Shown piece by piece: positions 1 through 11,329 of a stretch of 64,000 bases of DNA (position 1 is the stretch's first letter; every line of letters starts with the position of its first letter). The stretch covers positions 992,001-1,056,000 of the forward strand of contig NEEC01000010.1 of the NCBI GenBank assembly GCA_002189035.1, written 5' to 3'. A program made the position numbers and the translations under genes. Origin of the DNA: Utricularia gibba (taxonomy: Eukaryota; Plantae; Magnoliophyta). The notes under the pieces were generated by a model. The model searched no databases. It saw only the letters and a list, made by a program, of their open reading frames with translations, and was not told the origin of the DNA.

Positions 1-278
1 TCTGTGGTGCGGAACCCCTCGACACCGTAGACAACGTAGCAGTACAAATGATGATCTTGAGGAGGTGACCCATGAAGAGGATGAAGATGTGCAGCCAGAA
101 GTCGGGGGCAACACGGAGGGGCCAACACCGATTACGACACATGACGACGGGTGCGGTGCTACCACTGCAAAGTATATCCAAATGGACAGACTGTATGCAG
201 AGAATCTTGATCTCTGTGGTCGGCTTGCATGGTATGAAGCAAGGTGGCCATACGGTGGACCATCGAGTGATAACACGG

Positions 279-1120
279 CCCCCACCACGGAAGTTGCTTA
301 TATTTGACGTGAATGGCGTACTTTCGGACAGTGTGTATCCTCGCGAAGTCAGATGGGGAGCGCCAAAGCCGGATGCCGTCATTTACGGGCGAAACGGTAA
401 TGCAATGTCATTGATATGCATTTAATATTTGGTGCATGTGTCAGTACTATTTCTTGTGCTTGTAGTGTATCTTCGACCAGGTGCACGTGAGTTGATACAG
501 TTTTGCATGGAACACTTTGACGTTGCCATCTGGTCTTCAAGAGGGCGGTAAGACTGACCACCTAGCAGACAAGGGGGTCCGCATTCCTACTGACATTTTT
601 TTTTCTGACGACATGTGGCAATGAACAATTGCACGATGTGATTCAGTGGTTACTAGGGACTGCAGCAGCCAGCAAGCTCGTCTTCCAATGGGATGGATCC
701 AGGTGTGTGGACACCGGCTATCCGGTGCACGATAACAGGAACACAGTTAAGCTTAAGCTTTTGAATCATGTATGGGGCGCCAACCAAGAGTTCAAGGGCA
801 AATATCACCGTCTTAATACGCTTCTCATCGATGATGCGCCGTACAAATCACTACACAATCCGGTGAGTTTCTGGTTGTGCTCATTCTCCACCATCTTGCA
901 TCCTATTTCACTTGTTTAGTTTCATTCGACAGCCCGAAAATGTCATATTCCCAACCACCTTCAAGTACACCGCGGTCAATGATTGTTCGCTGGTTCAAGG
1001 GGAGATATTAGGACGTTCCTAGAAGCTCTCATTGACCAAATGGATGTACCCACGCACGTCGATCGCCGTCGGGTAGGTCAACGTCCAATAGACGAGGAAC
1101 ACCCATTGTGGAAGCATTAA
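279..1120 (+). pseudogene. NIF/FCP1-homology HAD phosphatase-like gene, probably defective, lying inside a Harbinger element
   Basis: Spliced reading gives PPPRKLLIFDVNGVL / VYLRPGARELIQFCMEHFDVAIWSSR / KLVFQWD...NTLLIDDAPYKSLHNP / PENVIFP...GDIRTFLEAL...VGQRPIDEEHPLW, matching plant NIF-domain proteins. Introns: GT397-AG465 and GT863-AG932. The middle intron (GT548) has AA at 620-621 where AG is needed. A -1 frameshift lies in the G-run at 999-1002. Confidence 0.75.
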
Positions 1121-1225
1121 AAGACTCTTGTGTAATCGACAGTGCACCTTTGAAATTGCATGGATCTTGCGTGAACTATCCTATGTTGACCTTGTTAGTT
1201 TTTTATCGACCACTTATCGTAATGG

Positions 1226-1432
1226 CACCGGATGTTCAACATCCGGTACCGTCTCTAGATTTGAAACCTTGTGTCTAGACTTGGTGCTTCGTAATATGCA
1301 GCACCAACGCGGTGCTAGTCCACTTATCGCGTTAGCACCGGATGTTTTAACATCCGGTGCGTTCATTGGATATGCTTCTTTGTGTCTAGACGTGGTGCTT
1401 TGTAATATGCAGCACCAACGCGGTGCTAGTCC
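1226..1432. repeat. Two tandem ~110-bp units, each with palindromic cores
   Basis: GCACCGGATGTT(C/TT)AACATCCGGT(A/G)C and TGTGTCTAGAC.TGGTGCTT.GTAATATGCAGCACCAACGCGGTGCTAGTCCA each occur twice. Confidence 0.85.
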
Positions 1433-1680
1433 ATCACTTCTCAATAGCACCGCTATGAATGTGGCGGTAGTCGCAATACAATGTTTGCGGAAAAGTGATC
1501 AAGAACGAAACACCGCGCTTGTTCATACGCGGTTCTTCCACATACGAAGTCAGAACACCGTCTACCCTTTGCAGTGCTCATGCCAGTTTAAAGGATGAAT
1601 AGAAGATGAAATACATCTAGTCCATGAGTCTAACATAAGGCGGAGCACCACACAACAGATTTAAGATCTACGTTCTGATG

Positions 1681-2695
1681 CTAAACCACACAACAGTCAC
1701 TGGAGGCAAGGAAGTAGCGCGATCTCGCAAGGTTGGAACGAATTGTCTCTACTATGGTAAAACATTCGATGACAGTTAATTGCACCGACATACCTCTAAT
1801 GATCTCCCCTGCCTGACGCTGATTATCCACCAACTCCCGCGCTTGCTGCACCACTGTTAATCCCAAGTGATGTAGCTCTTCGCATGTGCGCACGTTAAGC
1901 TCCTTCATTTCTTTGATGAACTGCACATCATCGTCGATTCCCCTCGGTCCCCTGCCGCTTCGTCCAATCCGCCGTGATGAGTCGGTGCTGTTGTGTGACT
2001 CGGAGTCCCTACTAAGCGTGACGTTCACACCCTCCGCAGCGCAACCAATTGGGTCACAAGGTGTGTCAGCATACGAGAAGTTCATATCGTGTCCAGTGCT
2101 ATCCGGGTCCAGAGGGCAATCCGAAGATACTTCCAGATTCTCCCCAACATCTTCCATGAATTTCCTCTTCCTGGTCGCGTGAACATAGCTCATCGTTTTT
2201 TCTCCTGTAGCCCGATCCTTTCCAAAGATTTCCTACCACTCCATGTAATACGGCCACGCTTTGTGTCTTAGAGCAGGCAGTCTGGGTGCATGCTAACATA
2301 ATAGCACGGTCAGCACCGGATATAACACAGAGACAACAAGGCATACGTACTTGATCAATCTCCTTCCAAACCTCATCGTCTGCGTCTACGGTGTAGGTCA
2401 GCTCACTGAAACCGGTGCCCGACCTAGATAAAAAATCTACAAGGAGGTAGTAGTCTTTTTTCCAGGTATGCACCTTGCTAGATATATGCGGGTGTGCGCG
2501 AATGTCGGTTCTAGGGCGGAGTTTCAAGAACTCTGTCTCTAACTCTTGGTGATACCCACCCCTAAAACCATTCTCAATTTTCCAGCCTTCTTTCACTATC
2601 TGTTTCAAAGCGTGCAACAAGTCTTTCTCCTCATCTGGCTTCCAGGCGCGTTTCGTTCTCTTGTGAGAGTCTTCCGCCACGATTGGGCTGTGCAT
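1681..2695 (-). pseudogene. Myb/SANT-like DNA-binding protein (PIF/Harbinger ORF1) with premature stop
   Basis: RAWKPDEEKDLLHALKQIV..GWK.ENGFRGGY...HISSKVHTWKKDY, an intron (GT at 2350-2349), then HKAWPYYMEW*EIFGKDRATG with in-frame TAG at 2235-2233, continuing into ORF 1681..2193. Confidence 0.85.
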
Positions 2696-3223
2696 ACCTT
2701 CAATCTATGCTGGAGGAAAGAAAACAGCAAAAAAAAAGCACCTACACCGAGCACTTACCACAAGTAAACCGTAAAATTCACTCAAAATTCAACGGATTTT
2801 GAACGACAAACTCTGCGCAACGAAGTGAGTTTACAAACTGGACATAACCCATGGCTGTTCACTCTCAATTTACTTGTGAAATCGAGAGATCTCGTCGACC
2901 GGCAGCACCGCGACAACCGAGTGTGAAAGTCGATGAACGCATTGGGAAAACTTATGGTAATAAAGAGGGATATGTCTGATTGGTAAAGTCGGTGTGGAAG
3001 GCGGTAGACGAGTGTGAAAGGCTATATTGGTAAATTCCCATAAAAATTATGTATAAACCCAATTTTATACTCACCAACCAAAAGTAGGTTTATTTAAACC
3101 CAAATAATGTAAATCCATCAACCAAACACGATTCCTAAACCTAAATCCACAAAACCGGGTTTCCTAAACCCAAATAAACTAAACCTGGGTTTAGGCCAAA
3201 CCCAGCAACCAAACGTGCCCTTA

Positions 3224-3619
3224 GGGTATAGTCTGCATTACTTATTTTTCAACTTAAGACTTTAAGTAGAAGTTAAAATTATTTATTACAGAACCACTTC
3301 ACTTTTATTTATTTGTAACTTTTACTCAAACTTATACTTAACTTCTACTTATTTTAAATTTGCCTACATTTCTACTTAAAACTCAACTTATTTAATAAGT
3401 TTCATTTACCTTACTTATCAAAATAAGTCACGAACTTATTCCAACAAATGTCTTTGCTTCCAATAAATCAAATCTGAACAAAATCGAAATACATTTGTTT
3501 TGTCATAAATAAATAATAAGTTGCGAAGACCACAACTACTTATTTGAGTTCTACTTATCCAATAACTTCTATTTATGAATTAAGTAGCAGTTACAAAATA
3601 AGTGGTCCAGACTATACCC
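3224..3619. mobile_element. Complete Tourist-like MITE (396 bp)
   Basis: TIRs GGGTATAGTCTGcattACTTATTTT (from 3224) and AAAATAAGTggtcCAGACTATACCC (to 3619); TTA on both sides (3221-3223 and 3620-3622); AT-rich non-coding interior. Confidence 0.92.
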
Positions 3620-4304
3620 TTATACTTTTCAAAAGTATATCTAAAAAAGTAAAAATAAATTAGAAAAGTTTTACAGAACATTGATGTACTGTCTCCCCCA
3701 CAAGGATGACAAGCAGGCTCCACGAAACGATGACAATGAGCGGGCAAGTGACATTGAAGGCGGGCGGGCGTGGCCGTGGGGTGCATTGGGGTGCCACCTC
3801 ACCATGACGGGGAGCAGTCGACAAAGAAGACGACGTCAATGGATGAGTGTTAAAAAATTAACATTTACATTGGAGATTATTTTTGTAAAAATATTGGTGA
3901 GTTATAATATTAGACTGATTTAGCCTAGGGATTGAATATAAATTAAATATTCGAGATTAATTATGCCTAAATTGTAAATGGTGTAGAATGATCATACCTA
4001 CTGTTTAAACATCAGTTACCAAAAATATTTATAATATATAACATTGCTATTTATTTTATCAAATATATTAAACAATAAGGACTAATTTTATACTTTCAAA
4101 TTTTAAAGATCAATTATACTATTGTTTGTCAAATGATAAACTTTTGGGATTTTTGATATCCTCCATTTTTTGTAGTAAATTCAAACATACAAACTTTGGG
4201 GCATTAATGCGAAAAACACACCTCTAATCAGCTATCTTCACATCTAATCAATATATATTTACTTGTTAGTTGTGCCACATATATACAATTTCTTTCCATA
4301 TAAA

Positions 4305-4445
4305 TGAGCCGAGTCGAGTCGAGCTCTCGGTGTGCTCGGCTCGACTCGACTACCTTCACATGTAGCTCGACCTCGGAACGAGCCTCCCAACCTGTGCTCG
4401 AGCTCGAGCTCGAGTATGCTCGAAACTTGACTCGACTCCTCGTCC
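4305..4445. mobile_element. GAGCTCGA/GAGTCGA-rich foldback MITE fragment (non-autonomous hAT-like)
   Basis: GAGCCGAGTCGAGTCGAGC...GCTCGGCTCGACTCGACT...GAGCTCGAGCTCGAG...GACTCGACTC; absent from the second copy of the duplication. Confidence 0.6.
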
Positions 4446-4599
4446 ATAATGAAGTTTCGGTGGTGGAGAAGAAATTCTTCCACCTCTCCTGCTATCAACT
4501 GTCTCGATAAATTTGTATAATACTTCATAAGATCCTTAGTTGTTATTTGGAACAACCGTATATTTTTTTAAAAAAATATATATTAATGATCGGTCCGTT

Positions 4600-4905
4600 T
4601 TATTTAAATCGAGTGCATATTTTTTATTTTAAATTTGTATTACTTGTGAATTGAACATTACGTATTATTTGGATCAATTGTGTTTTTTTATTTTATTTTA
4701 AATTTGTATTATATGTTATTAGATGTTGTTATTTTCATCGAGTAGATATTTTTTATTTTAAATTTATATTATCTATCGATCCCAACTTTAGTTGTTAGTT
4801 GAATTGATTGTGTATTTTTTATTTTAAATTTGTATTATACGTTATTAGATCCTTAATTGTTATTTCTATCGATTTTATCTTTTTTTACTTAAATTTGGAT
4901 TATCA
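4600..4905 (+). repeat. AT-rich minisatellite, about 5 units of ~65 bp
   Basis: Motif TTTTTTATTTTAAATTTGTATTAT recurs near 4621, 4690, 4750, 4818 and 4882. Confidence 0.7.
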
Positions 4906-5444
4906 CATACAGGCCAACCTACATCCATATGTGATAATACAAATTTAAATGAAGACTATATGCTAGTTCAACTGCAATAGCATTGTGTTTCTCACACAAA
5001 AGATTTGTTTGCAGGGTGGTATTAATTTAAAAATTTTAAATAATTTGAATATTTGGCAATTCAAAGTTACAAAAACAGTCAATTATGTCTTTCTCAGAAT
5101 TTGACGATAGCAAGTTTAAATGAATGTTTTTATTTGTGATTTATTATTATTTATATTATAAAACATAAAGTAAGATGATCATAAATGTATATCACTATTA
5201 TTGTAGATAATGATGGTCTTCTTCCATCTTTTGTATTTGCAATAGTTGATACCAAAAATAACAAATGTTCTAGTTTATTCGGCTATTCAATATATACTAT
5301 TGTTTGAGAGAGACATGTTTTATCTTAAATATGTATTGTTTAATTCAAATAACAACATATCAAGTAATTTCTTTTAAACCAGAATATATTGGATGTCATA
5401 GGCATTACATACTACATTTACATTTCAATCTCACAATTTATTAT

Positions 5445-5501
5445 CATACTAAATAATTTACGGACAAATTATTAGCATACTAAATAATTTACGGACAAAT
5501 T
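5445..5501 (+). repeat. 31-bp-period tandem duplication
   Basis: CATACTAAATAATTTACGGACAAATT at 5445-5470 and 5476-5501. Confidence 0.9.
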
Positions 5502-7078
5502 AAATCAGTGATATAAACTACATTTGTTGAAATGTGTTAGATATTTATTTAATTTCTTATTATATATTTTTTATTAAATTCAAATAATATATTAATATAA
5601 ATTTGTAATTCACAATTTTGTTTTATAAATTGATACAATTTGTCCTCAACAATTTCATACATACTTTGACATAAGCAGTATTTTACACATTTTAAAAAAT
5701 CAGTCCTCGAACTATCTCTATAAATATTTCATCTTACCTAGCTTGAAAATCACAATCGGTCACACTTACCCACATTCATCAGAAAATGCCAATTTCAAGA
5801 AAGATTCTCCATTAGTACACACCTTATACGCCCTGCAAAATTGTAACGTAACGCCTTGTAAGCTTGTTAAAAAATAAGAACGGGTAGGGTACTCTCTCTA
5901 CTCATGTGATAATAACTCGACAGATCATTCATTACAACACTCGGCTTTACTTTTTACACATTGTTTAGTCTTATTGGGCTAAGATTGAACTCGTTTTACA
6001 CGAATTCGTTTTACATACATGTAGGCTCATGTTATTGGGCTTCTTAAGTGGTCCAAATAGAATCTGTTCTACATGTTCAAAAGCAGACCCATGAGCCGGT
6101 CCATCGCCAATGGCCCCCCTGTCATGGCCGGCGGCAACGACGACGACAAGAAGCAGGCTCCACGGAACGATGACATTGAAGGGCGGGCGCCGCCGTGGGG
6201 TGCATCGGGCTGCCACCTCAGCATGACGGGCAGCAGGCGACAACGACGACGACGTCCAACCATGAGAGTGAAAAATTAATATTTATATTGGAGATTATTT
6301 TTATATTAGAATGATTTAGGGATTAAATATACAAAGTATTGAAATATTAGAGATTAATTATGCCTAAATTTTAAATAGTGGTGAATGATTATAGCTATAC
6401 CAAAAATGTTTATAATATATAACATTGGTTATTTATTTTATCAAATATATTAAACAGTGAGGACTAATTTTATACTCTAAATAAAATTTTAAAAATCAAT
6501 TATAATATTGGAGATTAAATTTTTCAAAATGATAAAACTTTTGGGATTTTTGATACCGTCCACTTTTGTAGTAAATTCACATATACAAACTTTGGGGCAT
6601 TAATGGGAAAAACACACCTCTAATCAGCTATCTTCACATCTAATCAATATATACTACTTGTTAATTGTATCACATTCAATTTCTTTCCATATCAAGAGTG
6701 TGAAGAACCTCCACACGATAAAACTATCTATTTATTTTTTATTTTTTGCCAAAAAATTTGTTTGCTGGTGTCTAGTAATCTACGAGTTTTAAATAATTGC
6801 GATATTTGACAATTCAAACTTACAAAAACATTTTATTATGTCTTTCTCATGGTTTGATGGCAGGGAGGATGAATGGATTATTTGGGCATCTTTTTATTTT
6901 CAAATTATTATTATCTATATTTCAACACATAAAGTATGACTACCATAAATGTATATCACTATCTTCTTTTTTTTTTTTTTGATGAATAATTCTTATACAA
7001 TTAAATTAGGTATTTGTAAAAATATCTCATATTAAATAATAAGATTATTATTCAATGTTTTTCAAAAATAAAAATTAT

Positions 7079-7093
7079 CCAAACGTGCCCTTA
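7079..7093. mobile_element. Isolated Harbinger/Tourist terminal inverted repeat
   Basis: CCAAACGTGCCC+TTA, identical to the terminus at 3209-3223; no matching left end found. Confidence 0.5.
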
Positions 7094-7852
7094 TCCTGCA
7101 AAAAATAAAATTGAAATGAATGTTTAGTGGGTAGTTAATAATCAATTTGGATAATAATAGTTAATAGAGAAACTGATAAATATCTCATTAAATTATTCTT
7201 TTTTTTAATTTTCAATTCAACGGGCACCACCGGCAGTCAAGTTCAAATATGTAAGGCCCGACCTAATTGACCGCTACCTCGCCGCCGGCCGGCATACACT
7301 TCTCTAATATCTTGTTCTTTTTTTTTTCGGTAGCTGGCCGCCGGCCGGCTTACACTTCTCTAATACCTGTTAATACTTTTCATTATCATTTTTTAATAGC
7401 GCTAGGCTATGAGAGTAATTTTTTTTCAATTATTTCATTAAAAAAAAAGAAAAAAGACTCGGTAGGCGATATCATAATGCATCCAATTGCATCCGGCCAC
7501 ATGGACAATTAACAGTTACAAATGAAAGAATGAAAAGCCGTCTTAATTATTGAGTAAGTTCTTTTCTTTTTAGGAAAAAAGTATTTCTGTAGTAGATAAT
7601 TAAATTAATTTTACATTATTGAATTATTGTGGGAACTGGGAAGCAATAATGAGGTCGGTGATGTGGGAATTAATCCAATGGGTCAAAAATGAGTGCTTTA
7701 TTTTCTTTAGTTTTTAATTAGGGTAAGGAGTAAGGACAAGGTCCCTGTAAGAAAAGTCTAAGATTAAGGATTATTCCCTAACCTTGGTCTGGTTGGCTCA
7801 TGCCAATAAATACATACGCCTCGCTTCCACAGCAATCAAGCCGCTGCCAAGT

Positions 7853-9455
7853 ATGGAGGCAACGTACGCCACCCTTCTCTCTATCTTCGTGGTTGCCGTC
7901 TCTGTAGCTCTCCATTTCGTCTTCTTCAAGACCAAGCCCAAGGGCTCTCTCCCACCGGGAAGCTCCGGTTGGCCGGTCATCGGAGAGAGCTTCGAGTTCC
8001 TTGCTACCGGGTGGAGAGGCCACCCTGAAAAATTTATCTTCGATCGGATAGCCAAGTACTCCTCCCTCGTGTTCCGTACCCACCTCCTGGGAGCTCCGGG
8101 AGCCGTCTTCTGCGGCGCCAGCGGGAACAAGTTCCTCTTCTCTAACGAGAACAAGTTGGTCCAAGCATGGTGGCCCAGTTCGGTGGACAAAGTCTTCCCT
8201 TCTTCTATGCAAACCTCTTCCAAAGAGGAAGCCAAAAAAATGAGAAAAATGCTCCCCAACTTTTTCAAGCCCGAAGCCCTCCAGCGGTACGTCGGGCTAA
8301 TGGACCACATCGCGGCCCGACATTTCGCCGACGGATGGGACAACAGGGACGAGGTAGTTGTCTTCCCTCTTGCAAAAAACTATACCTTCTGGTTGGCCTG
8401 CCGAGTCTTCCTCAGCATCGAGGATCCGGAGCATGTGGCTCGATTCGCGGAGCCGTTCAATCTCCTGGCTTCCGGTTTGATCTCCATGCCGATCGACTTA
8501 CCCGGCACGCCGTTCAACAAGGCGATCAAGGCCTCCAATTTCATCAGAAAGGAGCTCGTCTCGATCATCCGTACACGCCGAGTGGAGATCGCGGAAGGGA
8601 AGGCCACCCGAATCAAGATATTCTATCGCACATGCTGACGACTGCCAATGAAAATGGAAAGTTCATGGAGGAGCTGGATGTTGCAGATAAGATTCTGGGG
8701 CTGCTGATTGGCGGCCATGACACCGCTAGCTCTGCTTGCACTTTCCTTGTCAAGTATATGGCCGAGTATCCTGAAGTATACGAGGGAGTCTACAAGGGTA
8801 ACAAAGCCTCCCCTATTTTAACTCCATAGCTCGACGGATCTCGAGATATATTCATATAATTTTTTTCTTCTTTTTTTTTTTTTGTGGGTGCAGAGCAAAT
8901 GGAAATCGCGAACTCGAAGAAGGAGGGGGAGCTTCTGAAATGGGATGATGTGCAAAAGATGAAGTACTCATGGAACGTGGCGTGTGAAGTCTTGAGATTG
9001 GCTCCTCCCTTGCAGGGCGCTTTCAGGGAAGCCATAATGGACTTCACCTTCAACGGGTTTTACATCCCCAAGGGCTGGAAGGTAACTTCACATCTCCAAC
9101 CCTTGCCAAAAAAATGATTTGTTTCTCATCTCCTTCTCCTTGACAGATCTATTGGAGCGCAAACTCGACGCACAGGAACCCCGACTGCTTCCCTGAACCG
9201 GAAAAGTTCGATCCAAGTCGATTCGACGGCAATGGACCGGCACCGTACACTTTCGTTCCCTTCGGGGGAGGGCCACGGATGTGCCCCGGAAAGGAGTACG
9301 CCAGGCTTGAAATACTAGTGTTCATGCATCATCTTGCAAAGAGATTCCGGTGGGAGAAAATCATCCCCGACGAGAAGGTCGTGGTCAATCCGATGCCGAT
9401 TCCGGCTAAGGGGTTGCCGATCAAGCTCTACCCTCATGCTACTTCTTCACACTAA
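7853..9455 (+). CDS. CYP716A: Cytochrome P450 CYP716A (beta-amyrin 28-oxidase-like), copy 1; one apparent -1 frameshift
   Basis: Exons 7853-8797, 8894-9081, 9147-9455 with GT-AG introns. Motifs: [42 protein letters not shown] (I-helix), [15 protein letters not shown] (ExxR), [16 protein letters not shown] (heme Cys). Frame breaks at the C-run 8607-8609 ([14 protein letters not shown] needs one more C). Confidence 0.93.
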
Positions 9456-11329
9456 TAACTTTGTTCTTCATTTTAAGTTTTCTTCTGAATGAAATGGTTG
9501 GTTATGTGCAATCAGATCACCGTACTATGCGTTCAATAATGGAATGACTTGACCCGATCGACACTTCACCTTCCAACGCTGATTAGTCTAAAACGTTTAG
9601 ACCGTGTGTTTTTCAACGTAAGCAATGGGCTACGAATTGTATACAAAAACGGTGCCTGCGGCAACTGTCGGAATATAGAACCGGAAAATGTCCAGATTTG
9701 CTCACACGAAGCCTGTGAAGAAGACTATTACTATTAACATTAATCCAAATCCCCCTTACAGATCAGAAAATTGGCTCTGTAATAGCAGCAATATGCTTGT
9801 GTCCTGGAGCGAGAACAAGCTGGCGGCGCGCTAACTTCCCCCAAGCCCTCCAAACCGACGTTGCCTTGGGTGTGGTGGCTGTGCTTTTCAGTTATTAGTG
9901 TTCATCCCAGTTTTAGGATTCTTGAATTTCCAGCCAAATGTTGATGTTCTAAACTGGGGTCTGAGGTGTGATGACTCTAACACACCATATATTTTTTTTT
10001 CATTATAATGAAACATATTGTAAAATTACGTTACTTCTAATCTTATTTTCTATGATGACATCAATATTGAAAAAATAATATCCGCTTCACTAGTTTTATA
10101 ACTCATCATCAATATTCTTGAGTTATAAAAATTTTGAAAAAACATACATAAAATTTATGAATCTTACTGTTACTGAAAACAATTGAAAACGACTCCTCTA
10201 TATCAGCACTCCATTGTTGACAATAATATTATATTTAAACGTGTATTGTAATAGTAATTTCCAACAATTATTGAAGATTAAAGTGCAAAATGATTAATTT
10301 ATATGAATTATGTTCATTGAACTATAGTTTTAACAAACAGTTTTATAATCGCATTAAACTAAAACTACATTAATTTATCTTCACTTGCAAATCATTTTAC
10401 CTCACCATAGTTTTGTGACTGCACTTCCAAACAATCCTATCATTAGTTTGGGAGTGTTCATTTAGACACAATGGTAATTTAACAAACTCATTTAAATGAT
10501 GCCTTCTTTTTATTGTCATTATTTTTTAAAAAAAAATACATTTTTGCCTGAGGGGTTCAGAGATTTTGGATAAGGTTGGCAATGATTCGAAAATTTGTCA
10601 TTCAAGTTTCATTACTTCTATTTAAGTATTCATACAAGTACATTAGAAGTAATCTTGCATGTAGTGTACATTCTTTAGTACTAAAACTAGATGTAGTTAA
10701 ACCAATGTTACTACAATTCAAAATTTTAAAATTATTATCATCAACTCCTCAATAATGGGGATATTACTTTGTAAAATCTATTTTGATCTATAGAAAAAGA
10801 AACAAATAAATTATATTTCCAATGAAAAATGTCTATTGCATTGTGATTTTTAAAAACTTAATAGTAGATACATTAGTCACATAAATACTCAGGTTACAAG
10901 CATACATTGAATGTATAGCACAGAAGGTATTATTAGTATTCATATTCAATTATTCAATTTTTTTAACTGATAAAACGAAATTATCATTATGAAAAAATTG
11001 AACAGTATTTACACTAATGTAAATTCTTTTCTTGATAAATTATTTGGAATCATTTTCTTCCATTAACTGTATTGTAGAATTAAATTACTTGTAGGATAAC
11101 AAAAATTTAAGATAAAAAAAGTGCACATAGTATGAAATATAATTCGAGAAAAAATATAGAAAATTTTATTGATCAAGAAATAAATGATATGTGAAAATGC
11201 TACATTTTGAGTTTAAACTTCAAGCAATAATTATAATAAAAAAGCATCACCATCATAATCATTCATATCACCATATGCATCAAATGTTGAAAAATCCACG
11301 GCATTATCATTATCTAAATCTTGTTAATA

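Larger units (their letters stand above)
1..3220. mobile_element. PIF/Harbinger DNA transposon, right part (left end outside window)
   Basis: Terminal CAACCAAACGTGCCC (3206-3220; reverse GGGCACGTTTGGTTG) followed by a TTA target triplet at 3221-3223; AAACCC/TAAACC-rich subterminal region; internal Myb/SANT ORF. No DDE transposase is visible in the window. Confidence 0.75.
3700..6960 (+). repeat. Diverged direct duplication (copy 1 ~3700-5210, copy 2 ~6140-6960)
   Basis: Shared blocks in the same order: AAGCAGGCTCCACG.AACGATGAC, ATACAAACTTTGGGGCATTAATG, TAATCAGCTATCTTCACATCTAATCAATATAT, CAATTCAAA.TTACAAAAACA, CATAAATGTATATCACTAT. Copy 1 has extra inserted sequence. Confidence 0.85.

Noticed and set aside
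7651-7670. TTCCCACATCA on the minus strand as a snRNA/telomerase-RNA USE element
   Set aside because: Imperfect match, with no correctly spaced TATA box or downstream RNA-like body.
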